Shown piece by piece: positions 1 to 5,621 of a stretch of DNA of 6,539 nucleotides (positions are counted from its first letter, which is position 1; the number at the start of each line of letters is the position of its first letter). Where the stretch lies: IMG/VR virus record IMGVR_UViG_2690316002_000006, positions 1-6,539 of that record. One strand, given 5' to 3'. The position numbers were made by a program, and so were the translations under genes. The stretch is from a virus. Taxonomy: Duplodnaviria; Heunggongvirae; Uroviricota; Caudoviricetes. The notes beneath the pieces were generated by a model. It ran no database searches. It was not told where the DNA came from and saw nothing but the letters and a program-made list of their open reading frames with translations.

Positions 1-245
1 TTGATATGGCGAACACCGGTCTGCGCATCGTAGGAGCCAAACAGGGCCGCCACCAGGTCAAACACCCACGGTGCACAGGACTCCCCGAATGTCGGGCTAC
101 CCGGTGCATCCACAATCCGCAGTTGTTTAAAAATCGCCAGTGCATGTGCAGCCTGGTCCGGATAAATCGGAGCCGGAATAATCGACAGCCCCTTTTTCAG
201 GCGCTCTGCCCAGTCCGGACATGCCGTGCTCCATACAGGTATCAT
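1..245 (-). CDS. Phage terminase large subunit, N-terminal part (gene continues past the window start)
   Basis: Minus-strand frame open from ATG at 245 to the window edge; translation MIPVWSTACPDWAERLKKGLSIIPAPIYPDQAAHALAIFKQLRIVDAPGSPTFGESCAPWVFDLVAALFG... looks like a terminase large-subunit N-terminus. ATG overlaps the upstream stop as ATGA (245..242) and a GAGGAA Shine-Dalgarno sits 5 nt upstream. Missing from the ORF track only because it has no stop inside the window. Confidence 0.75.
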   Translation of the reverse strand, partial: MIPVWSTACPDWAERLKKGLSIIPAPIYPDQAAHALAIFKQLRIVDAPGSPTFGESCAPWVFDLVAALFGSYDAQTGVRHI

Positions 246-805
246 CCGCTTTCCTCATTCTGGTTATTCACCACCAGTCGGGGAGGTGGTGGCACCGCAA
301 AACGGTTAGCCGCTTTTTTCGCGGCATCACCTTTTGCCGATTTTTTACCGGCATCGCCTTTTTTATGGTGTGTGAACTGCGCCAGTCGCCAGGCCGCATC
401 CAGTGCCAGTTTCGGGTCAATTATCAGGTTTTCCACCAGGATCTGCCCCATAGCTTTCACCGGATCGGGAAGACCATCCTCCATATATTCAATACCATGA
501 GATATCACCGCGGGCGGAGGCATCTCCGGATTTTTTTCGTCCGGCTGTGGTATTGCAGCCACCTCACGGCGACGGGGTTTATCCTCCTGCTCTGATTTTT
601 TCTGCCGGTAAACAGGAACCTCATCCACCTCCACCGTTTCGCACTGTTTACGGGCTATAAACGCGAGCACCTCCGGATCTTTTGCCAGCTGCGAGCCTTT
701 AACCCTGGCGGTCTTCGCCGAATAACCGGCGGCAATGGCTGACGCTGTTTTGTTTTTCCCGGACATGAGCGCCAGCGCAAATTTTCGTTTTTGCGTTGTC
801 AGCAC
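242..805 (-). CDS. Phage terminase small subunit (Terminase_2-like)
   Basis: 187-aa ORF; N-terminus LTTQKRKFALALMSGKNKTASAIAAGYSAKTARVKGSQLAKDPEVLAFI matches the LT.KQ..F......N.T.AAI.AGYS.KTA pattern of Terminase_2 small subunits. GTG start at 805 follows GGGAGGAGG; lies immediately upstream of the large subunit. Confidence 0.85.
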   Translation of the reverse strand: MLTTQKRKFALALMSGKNKTASAIAAGYSAKTARVKGSQLAKDPEVLAFIARKQCETVEVDEVPVYRQKKSEQEDKPRRREVAAIPQPDEKNPEMPPPAVISHGIEYMEDGLPDPVKAMGQILVENLIIDPKLALDAAWRLAQFTHHKKGDAGKKSAKGDAAKKAANRFAVPPPPRLVVNNQNEESG

Positions 806-1094
806 AGCCTCCTCCCGGGTCCATAACGCACTCAGCCGGGTATGGTTCAGCCCATTTTTCCCGGCGTCTCATGCCGCAAATGTTAACTGCTGCCTGGTTA
901 ACATTTGCTGAAAAAGCCAGTTAACATTTTTTTCGCACAACAAACTGAATAATAAAGATAAAAACCGAAAAAATGCCCGGGCAGCCAGTTAACATGTTAA
1001 CTGGCCTGAAACAGGAATTTTTTCTCTGCATGAGACGGGGGGCGGTGTCCGGAGCGATCGTTTTTTACGCCGAATGATACCCCCCCCGGTCGGG
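806..1094. other. Putative cos region: cosB-like terminase-binding repeats, an A-tract bend and a GC-rich candidate cosN between the HNH gene and the small terminase gene
   Basis: 289-bp non-coding gap in the position cos occupies in HK97-like phages (HNH gene - cos - terS). Repeat / A-tract / repeat layout parallels lambda cosB (R3-I1-R2-R1). G-run 1037..1042 and C-run 1080..1087 flank a roughly 40-bp core. Inference only. Confidence 0.4.
876..1005. repeat. Cluster of five GTTAACAT / ATGTTAAC octamers, including a perfect 22-bp palindrome (984..1005) and a 12-bp inverted pair (876..887 / 897..908)
   Basis: Read directly: GTTAACAT at 897, 920, 988 and its reverse complement at 880, 994; GCCAGTTAACATGTTAACTGGC is its own reverse complement; GCAAATGTTAAC and GTTAACATTTGC are reverse complements 9 bp apart. 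An A-tract block (about 941..975) separates the sub-clusters. Confidence 0.8.
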
Positions 1095-1460
1095 TTACAG
1101 TCCGATGATGTCGTCCGCTCTGCCACTACCTCCGGACACCTCCGGCAGCGTCGGGTCCGGCATACCACCCGCCGCTTCACGAGCAGACTTTTGTCGATGG
1201 CATTCGGTACAGAGCGTCCAGAGATTCGTCTCCTCATTACCACCACCGAACTGAAGTGCAATTCGGTGATCGAGTTCACTATCACAGAGGTCAACCACAC
1301 GACCACAGAGACAGCACTGCCCGGCATCCCTCAGCCAGATATGACGCTTGAGGGAAACCCGGGCACTGCCACTGACACGACGCTGTTCCCCCTTCAGAAT
1401 ATTCACCCGTCGGGTATTCAGTGTTTTGATTCTGCTCTGGAGTGTACGAAGCTCAGCCAT
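1095..1460 (-). CDS. HNH endonuclease (phage packaging-associated)
   Basis: 121-aa ORF with an HNH-type motif: CCLCGRVVD...ELDHRIALQFGGGNEETNLWTLCTECHRQK (Cys pairs flanking a His-containing core). ATG start at 1460; sits directly upstream of the cos-like region and terminase genes. Confidence 0.85.
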   Translation of the reverse strand: MAELRTLQSRIKTLNTRRVNILKGEQRRVSGSARVSLKRHIWLRDAGQCCLCGRVVDLCDSELDHRIALQFGGGNEETNLWTLCTECHRQKSAREAAGGMPDPTLPEVSGGSGRADDIIGL

Positions 1461-1501
1461 GTAAAATCCCCGTCATATAACTTGTCACCAGAGGAAAGAA
1501 A

Positions 1502-1687
1502 ATGTCATCGAAAAACCGGACCCGCAGAACCACAACCCGCAATATCCGTTTCCCCAATCACATGATTGAACAGATCAACATCGCCCTTGAGCATAAAGGG
1601 TCCGGTAACTTTTCAGCGTGGGTTATTGAAGCCTGCAGAAGAAGGCTGTCAACAGAGCGTTCGGGTATGAATTACATAATTAAGTAA
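1502..1687 (+). CDS. Small ribbon-helix-helix-like protein (resembles YlcI/YnfO-type small prophage proteins)
   Basis: 61-aa ORF with a strong Shine-Dalgarno (GAGGAAAG, 5 nt before ATG). Basic N-terminus followed by NIRFPNHMIEQINIALEHKG...FSAWVIEACRRRL, consistent with a strand-helix-helix DNA-binding fold. The only convincing plus-strand gene in the window. Family name is from memory. Confidence 0.65.
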   Translation: MSSKNRTRRTTTRNIRFPNHMIEQINIALEHKGSGNFSAWVIEACRRRLSTERSGMNYIIK

Positions 1688-1816
1688 CATGGTGTTCACA
1701 GAACACACAGTTACCGGACACATCAGTTTTCCATTCGTCCCCCGGCAGTACAGGCTTCCCGTCTGACGGGATAGCCTGAAAAAACACAGAAAATTATTTG
1801 TTATAATTAATATAAC

Positions 1817-1957
1817 TTACTCAAAAAAAAGCGACGAGAAAATCAGCATCAACGAGCAATAAGCGCCAATACGTGATAACAAATGGCAGCCATATTTATC
1901 TGCAGTATAAGCAATGGACAGGATAACCACACCAGAAACCGTCAGCATAAAATCCAT
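1817..1957 (-). CDS. Candidate 46-aa hydrophobic micro-protein (below the ORF-track size cut-off)
   Basis: Manual translation: MDFMLTVSGVVILSIAYTADKYGCHLLSRIGAYCSLMLIFSSLFFE, with two hydrophobic segments. ATG at 1957 preceded by GGGGAAG 5 nt upstream. Lies in an AT-rich stretch; could be a chance ORF. Confidence 0.25.
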   Translation of the reverse strand: MDFMLTVSGVVILSIAYTADKYGCHLLSRIGAYCSLMLIFSSLFFE

Positions 1958-2313
1958 TTGAACTTCCCCGGACAAAATCGACTCATCTAAAGATTTACAG
2001 CTCTTTTTATTATCAATATGTTAAAAGTAAAATAAACAGATGTTCAATAATACGAATACAAAAACGTGCTGAAAATCAATGAATCCATTTCTGTGTTATC
2101 AATTAATAGTGATAAACATCCGGCTTCTTCCACCATCGCACCGGACCAGCGACCATGAGGGGACAACGCCGCGCTCCGTTAACGCGGTAAACCCCGGTGT
2201 GTATCGTTTTTGATTATCCCCGCACACTCGCGCAGAGGATTCTCCCGGTCGGGCTGCGGTCTCTGTTAATGCAGGAATACGGCGACAATACCGCGCATGA
2301 ATAATAAGGTCGC

Positions 2314-2538
2314 TCAACACACTGGCTGTAATGCAGCGGATACCATGCGGCATTTAGCGGCATTCATCGTACACTCAACGGTTAGCTCTTCATTCGTGGC
2401 ATTCACCTGAAAGGTCCTGGAGTGTAATTGCGTACATTTACCACTGAACGAACCTTCAACAAGAACACGACCACGCTGCAAAATACGGAACGGAATTGTT
2501 CCCTGAAAAGGCTTTACGGTTACCAATAATTTCTTCAT
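2314..2538 (-). CDS. Hypothetical 74-aa protein with four cysteines, immediately downstream of Rz
   Basis: ATG at 2538 preceded by GGAGA with 4-nt spacing, only 24 bp after the Rz stop. Translation MKKLLVTVKPFQGTIPFRILQRGRVLVEGSFSGKCTQLHSRTFQVNATNEELTVECTMNAAKCRMVSAALQPVC. The ORF-track version (2314..2556) starts at an upstream TTG; the ATG is preferred. No family recognised. Confidence 0.55.
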   Translation of the reverse strand: MKKLLVTVKPFQGTIPFRILQRGRVLVEGSFSGKCTQLHSRTFQVNATNEELTVECTMNAAKCRMVSAALQPVC

Positions 2539-2561
2539 GCATTCTCCGAATAACAAAAATA

Positions 2562-3020
2562 CTAGTTAATACACTGAGTGCGGATATATTCCTGAAGCAT
2601 TCTCAATGCTGCCTGGTCGCTGATGATTCCGTCTCTGATACCGAGAACGTTTCGTCCAGCAACCGGAGAGAGTTCGACGGCGGCATCATTGCCCACGCCG
2701 GAGGTGCCGGTGGCTTCACGCACGGTACCGGGGCAGGTGGCGTTGATCCGCAGGCGCTTACGACCAGCGGCAACATCAGCACGCAGAGTTTCATTTTCAG
2801 CTCTCGCATCGGCTAATTCCCTCGAGTATTTTGCATCGAGCGCAGCAACATCGCGCTGGCGCACCTGCATATCAGTAATGGTTGCGTTTGCCAGCTCCAG
2901 CTCTCTGGCTTTTTTATCGCGCTGCGCTTTGTAGGTGATGACGTTATCGCGGTAATGATTCAGCCCCAGACTAAGCGCACCACAGACCACCAGCAGAATA
3001 ACGGTAAACGCGGAAAGCAT
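2562..3020 (-). CDS. Rz: i-spanin Rz
   Basis: From internal ATG at 3020: MLSAFTVILLVVCGALSLGLNHYRDNVITYKAQRDKKARELELANATITDMQVRQRDVAALDAKY... closely parallels lambda Rz (N-terminal TM anchor, NHYRDN.ITYKAQRDK, MQ.RQRDVAALDAKY, C-terminal QCI/R). The ORF-track start at TTG 3128 adds 36 implausible residues. Confidence 0.85.
   Translation of the reverse strand: MLSAFTVILLVVCGALSLGLNHYRDNVITYKAQRDKKARELELANATITDMQVRQRDVAALDAKYSRELADARAENETLRADVAAGRKRLRINATCPGTVREATGTSGVGNDAAVELSPVAGRNVLGIRDGIISDQAALRMLQEYIRTQCIN
2603..2809 (-). CDS. Rz1: o-spanin Rz1, a lipoprotein embedded in the +1 frame of Rz
   Basis: MRELKMKLCVLMLPLVVSAC followed by a proline-rich stretch (GSTPPAPVPCVKPPAPPAWAMMPP): lipobox V-S-A-C and Pro-rich periplasmic domain as in lambda Rz1 (MLKLKMMLCVMMLPLVVVGC...). 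Lies entirely inside Rz. The true start could be the second Met (2794). Confidence 0.8.
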   Translation of the reverse strand: MRELKMKLCVLMLPLVVSACGSTPPAPVPCVKPPAPPAWAMMPPSNSLRLLDETFSVSETESSATRQH

Positions 3021-3257
3021 TCGGTTTATGCTCACCCCACCAGCCCTGCCGAAGTCAACGCCATCCAGGTTATGGAAAGAAAAAGAACAACCAGCATTAG
3101 TGAAAATGAAATACCGACGATTACACAAAGGCCCTTCGCCAGCATTATGAGTTTGTCTGACATCTTTACCCCTTAATAGCAGTAATTAACCGGGCAACCA
3201 CCCATAAAAACGGAATCAGCCAGACCAGCAAAAATTTCCAGTCCGTTTTTATCATCT

Positions 3258-3953
3258 TCATGCTGCGGTAGCTCTCCATGCAGCAAGCAGACCAGCAATC
3301 CACTGAACACCTTTTGGGGTGAATTTAACCTGCGTAAAAGCATGACCATTGCCCGCCTCGCCCGTTTTCACGCTAAACCGCCCCGCATCCAGGTGATGCG
3401 AGTAAGGCGTCATTTTTCCAGCGAGGCGATACATTATTCCGTTCTCCAACAAAAACAGCCGGAAATCGGTTTCTTTGATACCGAGTAACTTAGCAACTTC
3501 CCGGAATCCCATCAGACCAGATGCTTCAACATAGTTATCAACAAATTCAGCCTTCGGCGCTGCTATTGCCAGTTGATTTTCCAGCACTGCTTTCTGTTCA
3601 GCCAGTTTTGCCGCAAATCGCAACGCCTCAGGTAAAGTCCGGGGGATCTGAATACCATGCATCGCTTTGAGTCTTGCCAGCACAGAACGACGAACGGCCT
3701 TTGACTCCCTCATGCCAACGAGCATCATCTGGTCAAAATCCAGATCATAGTATGCCGTTCTTGTCTGGTTATTGTTTAACCGGAATTTTTTTCCGGTTCC
3801 ATCAAGCTCTAGCTCATCCTCAATTTTTGCAAGAAACTTACGCGGTTCATGAGGGACTTCTCCGGCTTCTGCCCGGGCTGGATTAATAATGTTATTCAGA
3901 AAATCCAGACTACTCATGGATATTTCATGATCGATAGAAATCATCTCTTTCAT
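3258..3953 (-). CDS. Antirepressor-like protein with a C-terminal KilAC-type domain
   Basis: 231-aa ORF, ATG at 3953 with AAGGAA Shine-Dalgarno. C-terminal region FREVAKLLGIKETDFRLFLLENGIMYRLAGKMTPYSHHLDAGRFSVKTGEAGNGHAFTQVKFTPKGVQWIAGLL matches the KilAC signature. N-terminal domain not confidently assigned. Confidence 0.65.
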   Translation of the reverse strand: MKEMISIDHEISMSSLDFLNNIINPARAEAGEVPHEPRKFLAKIEDELELDGTGKKFRLNNNQTRTAYYDLDFDQMMLVGMRESKAVRRSVLARLKAMHGIQIPRTLPEALRFAAKLAEQKAVLENQLAIAAPKAEFVDNYVEASGLMGFREVAKLLGIKETDFRLFLLENGIMYRLAGKMTPYSHHLDAGRFSVKTGEAGNGHAFTQVKFTPKGVQWIAGLLAAWRATAA

Positions 3954-4085
3954 GGTTGATTCCTTTTAGTGATGAACCCTGCGCACAGGAATAACCAGCC
4001 CAAAGAGGGTTAACCAGACCACTGCCGGTTATCCACCAGGGCTCATCCTGAAAGGTTCTTTGGTTTATTTACGCTTGTGCGAAGC

Positions 4086-4117
4086 ACAGAAATGACAAAG
4101 GCACCATTACGGTGCCT
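4086..4117 (-). terminator. Candidate intrinsic terminator downstream of the endolysin gene
   Basis: Minus-strand RNA: AGGCACC-GUAAU-GGUGCCU (7-bp stem, 5-nt loop; plus 4099..4117) followed by UUUGUCAUUUCUG. About 110 nt after the endolysin stop. Confidence 0.4.
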
Positions 4118-4226
4118 CTGCGTGAAATAATCTGCCTAACTTTATTCACTTACATTTTGCCAGTTCGCAGGATTTCGTGTTATCCGCCCGCGCTGGCCAA
4201 CGTCATTTTTCAGCAAAATATTCTGC

Positions 4227-4760
4227 TTATCTGTCGATTCCCCAGCACGCCAGAGCGCTCTCCTGGTCACGACGGGATACCTGACCATAACAGTTATTTG
4301 AGCGAATACGGCAGTCTCTGCCACCGTCCTTAATCCACCAGCGAATCGCTTCGCAGGCACCTTTTCGATCTCCTGCATTAATTCGTTTATAAAACGTCGA
4401 CGGGAAACACTTACCTGGGCCAATGTTGTAAGGACAGAATGACGCAATACCCGCTTTCTGGGGTTCAGTCAGTGGCACTTTGATGTTTTTCGCCACCCAT
4501 GCCAGCGCCTTATCACGCTCAATGGCGTTAACCCGGTCGCATTTTTCCTTCGACAACTTCATGCCCGGAACGACAGGTTTACCATCCACCAGGATGGCAC
4601 CGCGGCAGATGGTCCAGATACCCGCGCCATCACGGTATGCCGTGGTGTGGTTACCTTCCTTTTCATCCAGAAACTGGTCGAGGATTTCAGGCGCAGGCGC
4701 ACCTGCGGCAATCAGCGCCAGAACGGCAGCCGACAGGCCGTATTTGATTTTGGTGTTCAT
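4227..4760 (-). CDS. SAR endolysin (T4-lysozyme-type muramidase with signal-anchor-release N-terminus)
   Basis: 177 aa; N-terminal Gly/Ala-rich weakly hydrophobic segment YGLSAAVLALIAAGAPAP; catalytic spacing E35-x8-D44-x5-T50 (EGNHTTAYRDGAGIWT) as in T4 lysozyme and phage 21 R. Strongly resembles E. coli prophage lysozymes such as RrrQ (from memory). Confidence 0.85.
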   Translation of the reverse strand: MNTKIKYGLSAAVLALIAAGAPAPEILDQFLDEKEGNHTTAYRDGAGIWTICRGAILVDGKPVVPGMKLSKEKCDRVNAIERDKALAWVAKNIKVPLTEPQKAGIASFCPYNIGPGKCFPSTFYKRINAGDRKGACEAIRWWIKDGGRDCRIRSNNCYGQVSRRDQESALACWGIDR

Positions 4761-4810
4761 GGATATTTATCAGGGTTTATCGATTTCAAATCCCTGGATA
4801 TGTTAAGTCT

Positions 4811-5155
4811 TCAGGCCAGCGGTGGAGTCTTCAGAGAACCAGTAATTATTCCCGGTAGTTTTCCTCTGTAGGTTATCAACACATCCTGCGCCTCTAAAAT
4901 GATGGGCCGCTTTTCCGGCAACGGACCATCCCCTTCACATAACCCGGCAGCAACATCCATGAAAAACTGCTTCGCCTGCTTTTTCGCCTCCGCTTCGTAA
5001 AACTCCAGCGTGGCACCTTCAGTACGGTCAAGACTAATCGCCACATTTGGCAACAACAGTGACGGATACCCACCAATTTCCAGTGCCACAGTAACAGTAA
5101 TCTTATCCGGGTAATTATTTATCCCTTTAACAACCAGTTCGTATTTTTTCTTCAT
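4811..5155 (-). CDS. Hypothetical 114-aa protein inserted between holin and endolysin
   Basis: ATG at 5155 lies 4 nt after the holin stop, with GGGGAGAG Shine-Dalgarno inside the holin 3' end. Soluble-looking, no signal peptide or TM segment. Same position as ydfR in the K-12 Qin prophage (from memory); function unknown. Confidence 0.6.
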   Translation of the reverse strand: MKKKYELVVKGINNYPDKITVTVALEIGGYPSLLLPNVAISLDRTEGATLEFYEAEAKKQAKQFFMDVAAGLCEGDGPLPEKRPIILEAQDVLITYRGKLPGIITGSLKTPPLA

Positions 5156-5159
5156 CGCT

Positions 5160-5366
5160 TTACTCTCCCCGCGCCGCCTTACGCTTATCTTCTTTAATCT
5201 TGAAATAAAGGTTAGTCAGATACGTCAGCAGGCCAAACAGCAGACTCCCCAGCACACCGATTGCCACCCACTGGGACGGAGAGACTTTGTCCAGCAGCTG
5301 CAGTAACCAGTATCCCGTCCCCACCGCTGACGTGGTGTATGACACACCCGTTGTGATTTTTTCCAT
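5160..5366 (-). CDS. Phage-21-type pinholin (class II holin)
   Basis: From ATG at 5366: [68 protein letters not shown], near-collinear with S21/EssQ (two TM segments, charged C-terminus ...KAARGE). The ORF-track version (to 5435, GTG start) adds 23 residues of doubtful reality. Confidence 0.8.
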   Translation of the reverse strand: MEKITTGVSYTTSAVGTGYWLLQLLDKVSPSQWVAIGVLGSLLFGLLTYLTNLYFKIKEDKRKAARGE

Positions 5367-5621
5367 CTGATGTATGTCTCCGTCACCGCCGACAGAAAAT
5401 GAAAGTAAAGGAAAACAAAAAGCCGCCAGTGTCACCCACTGACGGCCAACTCCGGGAGCCGTGATTATGGCATTCAGGCTCTGCTAAAAATGCCAGATAA
5501 CATTCCGACCAACCCCTGATTCAGGTTATAAATGACACAATATCTTGACAACATCCGTCACTGTCTGTCAGAAAATGTACTGCCAAATATAAGTATCATG
5601 TGAAGTACATCTACCCGTTTT

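Noticed and set aside
6-595. Plus-strand ORFs 6..500 (164 aa) and 221..595 (124 aa)
   Set aside because: Antisense to the terminase small and large subunit genes; translations are Arg/Cys-rich and low complexity; no ribosome-binding sites. The minus-strand genes explain the region.
989-1565. ORFs 989..1327 (minus, 112 aa) and 1074..1565 (plus, 163 aa)
   Set aside because: Both overlap the HNH endonuclease gene out of frame or antisense and run into the cos-like region; Arg-rich, non-protein-like composition.
1689-1766. 25-codon plus-strand ORF directly after the RHH stop (MVFTEHTVTGHISFPFVPRQYRLPV)
   Set aside because: No Shine-Dalgarno, overlaps the RHH stop, composition not compelling; considered as a possible toxin partner for the RHH gene but not supportable.
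1780-2110. Possible tRNA or other structured RNA gene in the AT-rich and GC-rich intergenic stretch
   Set aside because: No T-loop (GTTCRANNC) with matching acceptor or anticodon arms could be found by eye; would need tRNAscan or Infernal to exclude formally.
2099-2353. ORF 2099..2353 (minus, 84 aa)
   Set aside because: Arg-rich, low-complexity translation in a GC-rich segment, overlapping the 3' end of the 74-aa gene in another frame; more likely non-coding (see finding).
3021-3128. N-terminal extension of Rz from TTG 3128 (ORF-track start)
   Set aside because: Adds 36 residues (MCNRRYFIFTNAGCSF...) absent from Rz homologues; the internal ATG at 3020 gives a canonical Rz N-terminus.
2496-3176. 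Plus-strand ORFs 2496..2816, 2623..2934 and 2955..3176
   Set aside because: Antisense to Rz/Rz1 or in the Rz-upstream gap; Ser/Ala/Arg-rich shadow ORFs typical of the opposite strand of real genes.
3206-3250. Long-range inverted repeat AAAAACGGA / TCCGTTTTT just downstream of the antirepressor-like gene
   Set aside because: 9-bp arms separated by a 27-nt loop form a weak structure; the T-run is part of the stem, not a trailing tract. Could be a leaky terminator but evidence is insufficient.
3674-3886. ORF 3674..3886 (plus, 70 aa)
   Set aside because: Antisense inside the antirepressor-like gene; no start context.
4112-4871. ORFs 4112..4333 (plus), 4142..4447 (minus), 4480..4806 (plus) and 4647..4871 (plus)
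   Set aside because: All overlap the endolysin gene antisense or out of frame, or fall in the terminator-containing gap; the endolysin call is strongly supported.
4894-5076. ORF 4894..5076 (minus, 60 aa)
   Set aside because: Out-of-frame overlap inside the 114-aa gene; Arg/Lys/Cys-rich nonsense translation.
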